Source of the DNA: Candidatus Pelearchaeum maunauluense
GTDB taxonomy: Archaea > Thermoproteota > Nitrososphaeria_A > Caldarchaeales > Caldarchaeaceae
DNA length: 64,000 bases
Assembly (NCBI GenBank): GCA_030059675.1
Contig: JANVYQ010000004.1
Coordinates: 96,001 to 160,000 of the forward strand
Direction: 5' to 3'
The notes beneath the pieces were generated by a model. The model worked only from the letters and a program-made list of their open reading frames with translations. It had not been told where the DNA came from and did not search any database. This document shows positions 46,012 through 54,903 of the stretch, piece after piece (position 1 is the first letter of the stretch; each line of letters opens with the position of its first letter). The position numbers and the translations under genes are program-made.

Positions 46012-46812
46012 ATGGCTTTAGAGCTGCCGCCCGAGCTAGTGAAAGCGGTACCGCTGCCAGCATACATAGCGGAGCCGCTGCTGGCCATAACGCTCACAGC
46101 AGTAGCCATAATAGCTGTGCGCAAAATAGCGGCACCGCTAATCGCGATAATCTCATACAGGATAAGCGGACTCGTAAAGCTGGTCGGAACAATATCCTCA
46201 ATCATCATAGGCTCAGTAATGGCCCACTCAACGCTCAACCCAACATCTGGAGAGACAATAGTAATGGCCGTAGCACTAGGCGGCGCGATAGCGCTCCTCT
46301 ACACACCACTAACAAACATGCTCGCCGGAGACATTCTAAGAATGACCAGAACAGTGAGAGAAGGGGATGTGATAAGCGTCTCCAACCAGCTCTACAAAAT
46401 CCAGAAAATAGGCGAGGTGCATACGCTCCTAGTAACCCCAGACCTACGCTACGAGTATCATCCAAACATGATGTTCCTCAAGGAGCGGATACTAAACTAT
46501 ACCAAGTCTGGAGCAGGTCTGGTAACGGTTAACGTGGTTGTTAATGGTAGGAGTGTTAATCTGAGTGATGTTAAGCTGATGATGCTCAAGGTGGGGACTG
46601 ACGTTGCCAAGAGTGAGCTGGCCGCTGGGCGTGCTGCTGATGTCCGCGTTGTGTCTATAAGAGGCGACGAAGTAGAGCTTCAGCTAAGGCTCTACATACA
46701 AACGCCAACCAAGGCCGAGTCCCTGGCGTCGCTCATACTGGAGAGAATATACATGAAGCTGGCTGAATCAACCAGCAGGGCTTATGTGGGCGCTCATACG
46801 CGGGCTACTTGA
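46012..46812 (+). CDS. MscS-family mechanosensitive channel protein
   Basis: Three TMs, LTNMLAG, VREGDVI, PN...ILNY. Confidence 0.8.
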   Translation: MALELPPELVKAVPLPAYIAEPLLAITLTAVAIIAVRKIAAPLIAIISYRISGLVKLVGTISSIIIGSVMAHSTLNPTSGETIVMAVALGGAIALLYTPLTNMLAGDILRMTRTVREGDVISVSNQLYKIQKIGEVHTLLVTPDLRYEYHPNMMFLKERILNYTKSGAGLVTVNVVVNGRSVNLSDVKLMMLKVGTDVAKSELAAGRAADVRVVSIRGDEVELQLRLYIQTPTKAESLASLILERIYMKLAESTSRAYVGAHTRAT

Positions 46813-47488
46813 TAAGCGGAAAAACATGCTCCACAACATAGTCCATAAACTTGTCCTCAGATATTCTTGAGAAAGAGGTTACCACGCAGTTCCTAGTAAG
46901 CCCCAGAACAGCGCTACTACCCTGAACCGTGAAGACAAGATACCAAATCTTCCCATGCATTAGATACTCCTCATACTTTCCCGTCGTCTTGAGCGAATCG
47001 CCGTAGAGGGCAACCTTATCCACGCCTGGGAAATCCAAGTTATCAAAATAAATCACCTTCGTAGCTTCTGGATTCCTCTCGTGGAAAGCCCTGAGGTTAT
47101 CTGCTGGAATCTGCGCCTCCACAACCCCTCTATATGTCAGGAATAGGTGGTGCGAGAGTATAGAGGCGACAGCGTTAGCAAAATGCTTCTTCTGAAGCAC
47201 GGTAAGAAATATCCTACCACCAACATCATGAAAGTAAATACGTGCTGAAGCCGTCTTCAGAGTGGGAACCACTTTCCCGCGCTGATTTATGAAAATAATC
47301 TTATCGCGATAAAAGATGCATGTAAGTATGTTCCTCTTCGTATCAAGGTCATCAACACCCGTAATAAGCTCAAACTCATGGTCATCAACCTTCTCGTTCT
47401 CAACTCTCCTGAAGTCGCGTAGCTTATCGGCAATCTCCTCAAGCGACGTTGGAGTCTTTACCTCAAATATCTTGGCAGCGAGAACCAT
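46805..47488 (-). CDS. Hypothetical protein
   Basis: Long ORF with normal composition, operon-linked to the epimerase; start placed at ATG 47488. Confidence 0.7.
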   Translation of the reverse strand: MVLAAKIFEVKTPTSLEEIADKLRDFRRVENEKVDDHEFELITGVDDLDTKRNILTCIFYRDKIIFINQRGKVVPTLKTASARIYFHDVGGRIFLTVLQKKHFANAVASILSHHLFLTYRGVVEAQIPADNLRAFHERNPEATKVIYFDNLDFPGVDKVALYGDSLKTTGKYEEYLMHGKIWYLVFTVQGSSAVLGLTRNCVVTSFSRISEDKFMDYVVEHVFPLIK

Positions 47489-48422
47489 CCATGCCCGACC
47501 CCCTTGTCTGCTGCGGAAACTCAAATAGCCATCTCTTAAGCTCGACTTTGGGCCAAAACCCCAACAGCGAAGATGCCTTATCTATCCTAGCCGCGCTGAA
47601 GCCTATATCACCCTCTCTGGGCGGAAGCATCTCCACCATATCCAAACCCAAGCCATAGGCGTCCAGAACCAATCTGGCAAGCTCATAGATGCTCACTGGC
47701 TTGCCTGAAGCTATGTTAAATATATCAAAACTAGAGCTGGAGCTGATATTTCTCAACGCGGCTTCAAAGCCCTGTATCACGTCTGAGATATGTACGAAAT
47801 CACGGGTCTGATTGCCGCTTCCATATATCTTGAGCTTCTGCTTGTTTGACGCAGCCTTTAGAAACGCGGAGATTACGTCATCTCTAAATCTTCCATTCCT
47901 CTCAAGGCCGTAGACGTTAAAGAGGCGTAGAACGATGCATCTAAGCCCGTAGAGCCTTGAATACTCCTCAAGCACCTTCTCAGAAACCAGCTTACTATAT
48001 CCATAAAACGACACAGGCCTACATTCCTGCTCCTCTACCGCTGCGCTTCTAATATCTCCATAAACCGCCGCGGAGGAGGAGAAGATTATCCCTTTGACAC
48101 CACAAGCCAGGGAGGCTTCGGCTATGTTGTATGTGCCTACAACGTTGGAGGCGAATGCAATATCGTGATTAGCCTCACATGCGGGAACGCCTGCAACGGC
48201 AGCCAAATGAAAAACATACTCAACATCCCGCAAAACATATCCCAAGCCGTCAGGCCTTGATATGTCCAGTCTGAAGACCTTAAGACTTGATAGGTCTCTC
48301 AGATTATCTACACTGCCCGAGGAGAAGTTATCAATAACCAATACCTCGTGACCTAAGCGTAGAAGGTGTTCGACCAAGTATGCGCCTATGAAGCCACCCC
48401 CGCCTGTTACAGCTATCCTCAT
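47463..48422 (-). CDS. NAD-dependent epimerase/dehydratase (GalE-like)
   Basis: TGGGGFIG, SSAAVYG, YGYSK, RDFVH. Confidence 0.92.
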   Translation of the reverse strand: MRIAVTGGGGFIGAYLVEHLLRLGHEVLVIDNFSSGSVDNLRDLSSLKVFRLDISRPDGLGYVLRDVEYVFHLAAVAGVPACEANHDIAFASNVVGTYNIAEASLACGVKGIIFSSSAAVYGDIRSAAVEEQECRPVSFYGYSKLVSEKVLEEYSRLYGLRCIVLRLFNVYGLERNGRFRDDVISAFLKAASNKQKLKIYGSGNQTRDFVHISDVIQGFEAALRNISSSSSFDIFNIASGKPVSIYELARLVLDAYGLGLDMVEMLPPREGDIGFSAARIDKASSLLGFWPKVELKRWLFEFPQQTRGSGMDGSRCQDI

Positions 48423-48449
48423 AATTCCACTACTGCCTTTGATGGCATT

Positions 48450-49499
48450 CTAATAAGTTAAGACCCGCTCATATAGCTCCAGATATTTTCCAATGACCAC
48501 ATCCCAGCTATACTCCCGTAAGATTAGGCTATACGCTTCTTCAGCCATCCGTGATGCCAGTTCCTTGTCATCCAGCAGCGTGTTTATCGCTTCCGCAAGC
48601 TGTTGGGGGCTGTCTGGCTCCACCAGCAGGCCTGTCTTCATGTGGCTCACCAGCTCCACGTTGCCGCCAACATTCGTAGCTACTACTGGCGTTCGCATGG
48701 CCATGGCCTCAAGGAGTGCTGTGCTAAGCCCCTCAGCCCGCGAGGGGAGGACGAAGATGTCAGAGCCTCTAATTATTCTCTGAGCCTCCCAACGGCTCAT
48801 CGCGCCCAAGAATGTCACATTATCCAGATTATGCGCAGCTCTCCGTAGCCCCTCCTCAGCGGGGCCCGAGCCCACGATTATGAAACGCGCTCTACCAACC
48901 AGCTGCGCCGCTTTTATCAGAGTATCGACACCCTTCTCCCTTGATAGCCTACCCACGTAAGCAACCTGAGGTGCGCCCATCCTAATGCCATCGCTGGGGA
49001 GCTTCTTTAGGTCTATCGCGTTCGGTATATGCGCTACCTCAAACCCCATCGCGCTATAAGCCTCTGCAGCCTCCCTTGAGACAACAGTTACCGCGTCAGC
49101 CCATTTGATAGCCCTTCTCTCCAACCAGCCCGCTGCGCGGCCCACGGCCCCGCCGTGAAGCAGAATAACCTGCCGCGAGTAGATTCCATGGATGGTTAGT
49201 ATCCTGCGCCCAGACGCTAGGCGCATAGGTATGGCTGACGGAATATTATGCGCATGGATAATATCGTATTTCTCACCTAACACCTTAAGCGCCGCGAATA
49301 AAGCGAAAGAGGGGTTGGCGAGCCTCCTAACACGCAGGACAAGTGTGTTATTGGATGTTACATAATAAACCTCAAACCCCCGCTCATGAAGCTTCTCACC
49401 AAGCTCCTCTACGTGCTGGGCTATACCACCCAGCCCACCCATCGTCGGTGATATTAGCAGGATACGCATACCACGCACCCTCAAACACGCGGAGACCAT
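48450..49499 (-). CDS. Glycosyltransferase family 4
   Basis: VGRLSREKG, PSRAEGLSTALLEAMA. Confidence 0.92.
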   Translation of the reverse strand: MVSACLRVRGMRILLISPTMGGLGGIAQHVEELGEKLHERGFEVYYVTSNNTLVLRVRRLANPSFALFAALKVLGEKYDIIHAHNIPSAIPMRLASGRRILTIHGIYSRQVILLHGGAVGRAAGWLERRAIKWADAVTVVSREAAEAYSAMGFEVAHIPNAIDLKKLPSDGIRMGAPQVAYVGRLSREKGVDTLIKAAQLVGRARFIIVGSGPAEEGLRRAAHNLDNVTFLGAMSRWEAQRIIRGSDIFVLPSRAEGLSTALLEAMAMRTPVVATNVGGNVELVSHMKTGLLVEPDSPQQLAEAINTLLDDKELASRMAEEAYSLILREYSWDVVIGKYLELYERVLTY

Positions 49500-49573
49500 G
49501 AGTTAAGTATATGGCGGGACTAGCAATACGTTTAAATCCACGAGCATAAAACGCGGTTCGTAGGTGATTACCG

Positions 49574-49819
49574 CTGGGCAAAGTGAGGACGCGGAAAGTA
49601 AAGACACTCGCCAAAGAAATACTCGAAACATACAGCTCCCAAGTCTCAACATCATTCGAGCAGAATAAACTACTCGTGAGACAGGTGCTTGAGGGGAGGT
49701 TCTCTAAGAGGCTTGCCAATAGGATAGCGGGCTACCTTACGACACTAGCCAAGAGGGAGGCAAAAGCTAAAGAAGCAGAAGAAGAGAGCATAGTCGAAGC
49801 CGCGCCAGAGCAAAAATAA
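49574..49819 (+). CDS. rps17e: 30S ribosomal protein S17e
   Basis: (M)GKVRT, FEQNK, NRIAGYLT; probable CTG start 6 nt after AGGTGAT. Confidence 0.93.
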   Translation: MGKVRTRKVKTLAKEILETYSSQVSTSFEQNKLLVRQVLEGRFSKRLANRIAGYLTTLAKREAKAKEAEEESIVEAAPEQK

Positions 49820-49833
49820 GGATAATACGTATG

Positions 49834-49897
49834 GTGATGAGACTGACCTGCACCGAGAGCCCAGCAGGGCTCTATGACGAGCATACACCCTCCCTGA
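49834..49897 (+). ncRNA. Candidate C/D-box sRNA
   Basis: GTGATGA (C) - 12 nt - CCGA (D') - GAGCCC/GGGCTC hairpin - ATGACGA (C') - 13 nt - CTGA (D). Confidence 0.78.
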
Positions 49898-49900
49898 GTT

Positions 49901-51067
49901 TTAGGGAGGTGGCCTAACTCCCAGAACAACATCAACGTTAAGAATCTTATCATCCCTGCTTATCGTTAACGTAACAACATCGTTGGGGCTTGTCTTTTCT
50001 TCCAGATAGGTTAGTATGTCGTCTATTGATTTTATTGGCAATCCATTTATCGCTATGATTATGTCCCCACCAGCCAGTATTCTTATGCCATCTACTATGA
50101 TTTCTTTTTCTCCTCCCCTTATTCCAGCTTTTGCCGCTGGGCCTCCTGCTACTACGCTCTCCACGAGGAAGCCGCGCTTAACGGATACTCCGAGGGCTTC
50201 TGCTATGAGCTGGTTCATGTTCCGGCCCGCTATGCCGAGCCAGCTATGCTCATACGTGCCCTTCTCGATTAGTGTTGGAACTACCCGCGCTACTATCGTG
50301 GAGGGTATGGCGTAGCCTATTCCGACAAACCCGCGTATGGGTGATTCTATGGCTGTCGTTACCCCAACCACCTCGCCGCGCATGTTAAGTAATGGCCCCC
50401 CAGAGTTCCCTGGGTTCACCGCCGCGTCTATCTGTATGACTCCTGGGATGGAGAAGCCGCGCTTGGTTGGGAGGAGCCTATCTTTCTGGCTAACCACGCC
50501 TGTTGTTAGCGTTCCCTCCAATCCGAATGGGTTTCCCACAACTATTATCCTCTCTCCTATTTTCAGCTCCGAGGAGTTTCCCAGCTTAAGCGGCTTCAGG
50601 CTAATCTTGCTGGCATCAACCTTGAGCACGGCCAAATCGCTATACGGGTCGCGTCCCACCAGCTCGGCCTCCAGAACAGCCCCATCAAGAAACGATACCC
50701 TAAACACGCTACCGTCTTCAACCACGTGATTATTGGTTACTATATGCCCAAGCGTGTCGTAGACGAAGCCAGAGCCGGAGGACTCGCCGAAGGGTGTGAG
50801 AACCCTAACCATAACCACAGAATCCTTGACACGCTCATAAACACTCGCTATATCAGCTTGAGTAGCCTCTACAATCACTGTTGATACTATCGTCTCAGCT
50901 TGATTCGCACCGTTAATAGATTCCTTGAGGTTCTCAATAGTGAGTGCGAGCTGTTTAACGTTAGATTGGAGTTGTTGTATGTTTAATGAAATTGAATAGA
51001 GCTGAAAACCCATTATTGCCAGGAGTGAGAAGACCGTTAAGACCGCGAGAATGCTTAGCCTTGACAT
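49901..51067 (-). CDS. HtrA/DegP serine protease with PDZ domain
   Basis: TNNHVV, SDLAVL, GNSGGPL, N-terminal TM anchor. Confidence 0.93.
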   Translation of the reverse strand: MSRLSILAVLTVFSLLAIMGFQLYSISLNIQQLQSNVKQLALTIENLKESINGANQAETIVSTVIVEATQADIASVYERVKDSVVMVRVLTPFGESSGSGFVYDTLGHIVTNNHVVEDGSVFRVSFLDGAVLEAELVGRDPYSDLAVLKVDASKISLKPLKLGNSSELKIGERIIVVGNPFGLEGTLTTGVVSQKDRLLPTKRGFSIPGVIQIDAAVNPGNSGGPLLNMRGEVVGVTTAIESPIRGFVGIGYAIPSTIVARVVPTLIEKGTYEHSWLGIAGRNMNQLIAEALGVSVKRGFLVESVVAGGPAAKAGIRGGEKEIIVDGIRILAGGDIIIAINGLPIKSIDDILTYLEEKTSPNDVVTLTISRDDKILNVDVVLGVRPPP

Positions 51068-51172
51068 ACGCCATGACGAGGCTCTCCGAGTACCATTTAA
51101 TAAAGGTTATTCATAATTCGCAGAGATGCTGGATAAGTAGTAATATAAGCGCAGGTGTTGGTGAGGTTGTCT

Positions 51173-52471
51173 ATGTTTGAGCCGCCGCGGGGCATGGATG
51201 ACCTACTGCCAGACGAGATGCGCGTCAAGAGGAGGATAGAAGAAACCATACGCGAGGTCTTCCGCCTATACGGCTATGACGAGATAGAGACCCCCACGCT
51301 GGAGTATCGTAGCCTCTTTGAAGCCAAGTCGGGCGACGAGATACGGCATAGGATGTTCACCCTACAGGACATGCATGGTAGGGTTCTGGCGCTCAGGCCT
51401 GAGGTAACCGCCTCTGTTGCGCGTGTTGTGGCTACTAGGATGAAGTCCGCGCCCACGCCTATACGCCTTGGATACATCGCGGACTGCTATAGGTATGATG
51501 AGCCACAGTGGGGGAGGAGGAGAAGGTTCTGGCACGGCGGGTTTGAGATATTCGGAAGCACAGACCCGCTGAGCGACGCGGAGATAATGATAGCCAGCAA
51601 CGAGGTCTTCAAAAGGCTGGGACTCACCAACATAAGATTCAAAACCGGGCATGTCGGCATAATGCGAGGTATATTATCAGAGCAGGGTGTTGATGAGAGG
51701 ATACAAGACTCGTTTCTAAACATGCTGGACAGAAAAATGGTTGATGAGGCTTTCAGCTTATTATCAGAACACTGCCACGACGCTACTGTGATTGGCGCTA
51801 TACGTATGCTCTCCCAACTGAGTGGTGATGAGAAGATTTTCAGCTCCGCGCGTGATGTTGTTGCTTCATGGCCAACCGCCGCGAAGGCTCTTGAGAACTT
51901 TGAAGAAATAATAGGTATAGCTAGGGATTTAATAAAAGATGAATCGCGTATAACCATAGATTTTGGATTTGCGCGTGGGCTAGAATACTATACGGGCTTC
52001 ATTTTTGAACAATATGTTGATGGTCTTGACATAGCGTTTAACGGTGGTGGGAGATATGATAAGCTTGTTGAGATATTTGGTGGGAAGCATACGCCTGGCG
52101 TGGGCTGTGCCATCGGCATAACTAGGATTCAGACATACTTGATGCAGAAGGCTGTAGGCTCTATACAACAATCAGCAAGGATTTTTGTCTCTGTACTATC
52201 CGACAAGGTGAGGAGCTACGCGTTTAAGGTTGCGCAGATAGTAAGGTCTCGCGGTATGGCTGCGGAGCTTGACGTAACGCGTAAGCGCCTCTCAGCGGCT
52301 TTTGAATACTGCGAGAAGAAGAGAATAAAATACATGCTGGTCGTAGGTGAGAAGGAGGCCGCGGAAGATAAAGCGGCTCTGCGCAACCTTGAGACGCGGG
52401 AACAAATAGAGGTCCCGCTAAGCCAGTTGGGCGAATTCGTGGAGAATCTACTCCGTTCGGGCCTGAGTTAA
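51173..52471 (+). CDS. hisS: Histidine-tRNA ligase
   Basis: PPRGMDD, LRPEVT, YRYDEPQ, RGLEYYTG, GGGRYD. Confidence 0.95.
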   Translation: MFEPPRGMDDLLPDEMRVKRRIEETIREVFRLYGYDEIETPTLEYRSLFEAKSGDEIRHRMFTLQDMHGRVLALRPEVTASVARVVATRMKSAPTPIRLGYIADCYRYDEPQWGRRRRFWHGGFEIFGSTDPLSDAEIMIASNEVFKRLGLTNIRFKTGHVGIMRGILSEQGVDERIQDSFLNMLDRKMVDEAFSLLSEHCHDATVIGAIRMLSQLSGDEKIFSSARDVVASWPTAAKALENFEEIIGIARDLIKDESRITIDFGFARGLEYYTGFIFEQYVDGLDIAFNGGGRYDKLVEIFGGKHTPGVGCAIGITRIQTYLMQKAVGSIQQSARIFVSVLSDKVRSYAFKVAQIVRSRGMAAELDVTRKRLSAAFEYCEKKRIKYMLVVGEKEAAEDKAALRNLETREQIEVPLSQLGEFVENLLRSGLS

Positions 52472-52535
52472 TCCCTTTTAATAGGCAGACCAGCGGTATT
52501 GGGCTGAACAGCCTAGATGGAGGGAAGAGACTGTA

Positions 52536-53342
52536 TTGATAGATATGCTCTTTCTGGAGGCTTCTATAGTAGTTATAGCATTAACGTTAGTAGCGTATTT
52601 TGGGAGGTTCCTAGACCTCAGGGGGGCTTTGGCAGCCACCTTGGTCGGCTATATAATCTACCTCTTCGGAGGCCGCTTCCTCTTCATAATAATGCTGGTC
52701 TTCTTCGTTGTCGCTGGCGCTTTAACGCACTACCGCTATGTGGAGAAGTATGGTGCTGGGGGGCGCGGTGCTAGAACATGGAGCAACGTGCTGGCTAACG
52801 GCTCTATAGCGTGTATAGTCTTGGTTATGGGGCGTCTGTATGGTGTGGGCTCTCCAGCCACTACCGCGGCCTTCCTCGGAGCAGTATCGGCTGCCTTCTC
52901 AGACACCATGGCAACAGAGGTTGGTATGCTCAATAGGAGAAAGCCCCGCCTCATAACGAATCTAAAAACGGTAGAGACAGGAACACCTGGGGGAGTCAGC
53001 ACGTATGGCATAGCGGGAGAGCTACTAGCGATAGCGATTTTGAGCGCCGTAGCGATGATGCCTTGGCTCTCACCATCATTGAGAATAGAACAGTGGAGAA
53101 TACCTGCTATAATCGCTATAGCAGGCATCGTAGGCTCAACAGCAGACAGCATAATCGGCGGGCTCTTCCAAGCACGCTACACATGCAAAAAATGCGGCCG
53201 CGCAGTAGAGGTTAAGCAACACTGCGGAGAGAAAACCCTACACCTAGGAGGCCTACCATACATAAACAACGACATAGTAAATATAATAGCCACAGCAATA
53301 GGCGCGCTCACAGGCTACGCAATACAAGTAAGCATCCGCTAA
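52536..53342 (+). CDS. DUF92 (TMEM19) membrane protein
   Basis: NVLANG, SDTMATEVG, GGVS, DSIIG, NDIVN. Confidence 0.9.
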   Translation: MIDMLFLEASIVVIALTLVAYFGRFLDLRGALAATLVGYIIYLFGGRFLFIIMLVFFVVAGALTHYRYVEKYGAGGRGARTWSNVLANGSIACIVLVMGRLYGVGSPATTAAFLGAVSAAFSDTMATEVGMLNRRKPRLITNLKTVETGTPGGVSTYGIAGELLAIAILSAVAMMPWLSPSLRIEQWRIPAIIAIAGIVGSTADSIIGGLFQARYTCKKCGRAVEVKQHCGEKTLHLGGLPYINNDIVNIIATAIGALTGYAIQVSIR

Positions 53343-53412
53343 AGGGGGGAGGATATGGTTAGGAATTTAAATAGAGCTAACAGCAGCCCAAAAATGAAGA
53401 GAAACCAGCGCT

Positions 53413-53487
53413 GGGCCCGTGGCCTAGTATGGATAAGGCGGCGGCCTCCTAAGCCGCAGATCGCCGGTTCAAGTCCGGCCGGGCCCG
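53413..53487 (+). tRNA. tRNA-Arg(CCT)
   Basis: Complete cloverleaf; anticodon arm GCGGC-CTCCTAA-GCCGC; no intron. Confidence 0.95.
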
Positions 53488-53492
53488 CATCT

Positions 53493-54824
53493 TTATAGCG
53501 CTGATTTGGTGAAGTTGGCTTCTTCCACTACTACTGCTGGTGCTAGTACTGGTGTCTCTACTTCCCACCAGCTTATCCAGTAGCGTTCGTTTCCGATGTC
53601 TCTTATTTTGGAGAATAGTTTGAGCATGTTGTCGCTTAGTCTAAGCTCTTTGAGTGATTTTTCTATGCTTCCGTGCTTTATGAGGAAGAGGCCGTCTCTG
53701 GGTATTGTGGAGAAGTCTCCTGTTCTGTGGTTTTGGTAGCGTAGATACCAGTCGTTGGTTATCCATATTCCGTTGTCTATGCTGGATATTAGCTTGTCAA
53801 GGCTCTTGCTTCCCTGCTCCACCACTAGGTTAAATGGGTGTGGGACTATTATCCCAGCGTTAGCCGTCGTCTGCGTATTAAATTTCTTCGCGGTGGTGCT
53901 GTTATGTAGGTAGGTCTTGAGAACACCGTTCTCAATTATGGTGTTTCGCCTAGTCGGGACGCCCTCGTCGTCAAAAGCCCGCGCCCCATAGGTTTCCGCG
54001 AGCGTCGGGTCGTCTATCAGAGTGAGGTGGCTTGAAGCAACTTCCTGCCCCAGCTTCTCCGTCAAGAATGATATGCCCGCATCTACGTGGAATGCTGAAG
54101 CCGCCTCCCCAAGCTCCTCCACCAAGTTTGCGAATGTCATAGGCCCTATCAGCGCCTCGTAAACTCCAGGCTCTCCGCTCACGGGGTTGGCCGCCATCTT
54201 AGCTATCTCACCAGCCCTATAACCAGCCTCATACGGGTTGAACAGCCGCTCCGCAGCGGCTATGGATACAAAATGCCCCGTAGCGTCATCGCTAACAAAC
54301 GCGCGTGTAGATATCTCTATACCTCTGGAATGTTCTATGGCCTCAACGCCGCCAGTAGTTCTTAGATATGTTTTGTTATCGTCATAGACTAGTGTCCCAG
54401 CTACGCGTGTTGCCCCAGCGTTGAGAGCGCCGTTTATAGTGGATTCAACATGCTTAACAAGCTCGTCAGGCTCGCCGCTGACCTCACCAGGCTTAAGGAG
54501 CCGCTTATCATACTTATACGGCCCTCTCGGCAGCGGGGAATAAACATCCGCTGGGGGGCTGTTCTTAGCCATATAGACAGCCTTCTCAACCATCCTCTTC
54601 AAAGCTTGGCTTGACGTATCGGTTGTTGAGGCCACTGCTCTCCTCTCCTTTATGCAGACATACAACATCACACTGGTGTTGTTGAATGTCTTCGTTACTG
54701 TTATCTCGTTGTTGGCGTACCGTATAATCCTGCGGATACCGCTATCAATCATAACCGCCGCGTCGGTGGCGCCTAGGCGCCTAGCCTCCCTAATCAGCCT
54801 GGAAGCCATCTTACGCGTCTCCAA
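53493..54824 (-). CDS. TldE/PmbA family protein
   Basis: IRYANNEI, FDDEGVPT, ENGVLKTYL, WYLRYQN, GDFSTIPRD; start placed at TTG 54824 because the ORF-track extension overlaps the next gene. Confidence 0.9.
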   Translation of the reverse strand: METRKMASRLIREARRLGATDAAVMIDSGIRRIIRYANNEITVTKTFNNTSVMLYVCIKERRAVASTTDTSSQALKRMVEKAVYMAKNSPPADVYSPLPRGPYKYDKRLLKPGEVSGEPDELVKHVESTINGALNAGATRVAGTLVYDDNKTYLRTTGGVEAIEHSRGIEISTRAFVSDDATGHFVSIAAAERLFNPYEAGYRAGEIAKMAANPVSGEPGVYEALIGPMTFANLVEELGEAASAFHVDAGISFLTEKLGQEVASSHLTLIDDPTLAETYGARAFDDEGVPTRRNTIIENGVLKTYLHNSTTAKKFNTQTTANAGIIVPHPFNLVVEQGSKSLDKLISSIDNGIWITNDWYLRYQNHRTGDFSTIPRDGLFLIKHGSIEKSLKELRLSDNMLKLFSKIRDIGNERYWISWWEVETPVLAPAVVVEEANFTKSAL

Positions 54825-54903
54825 AAACGCTCCACCTAGATAGCTTGACAAACAGAGTGAGATAAGAGTTTTGTTGAAGTAAATCATCATAACTGGGGAT
54901 AGT

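Noticed and set aside
16303-53487. The two similar tRNA-Arg genes as att sites of an integrated element
   Set aside because: Both are complete genes with different anticodons, the interval holds core genes, and no integrase is present.
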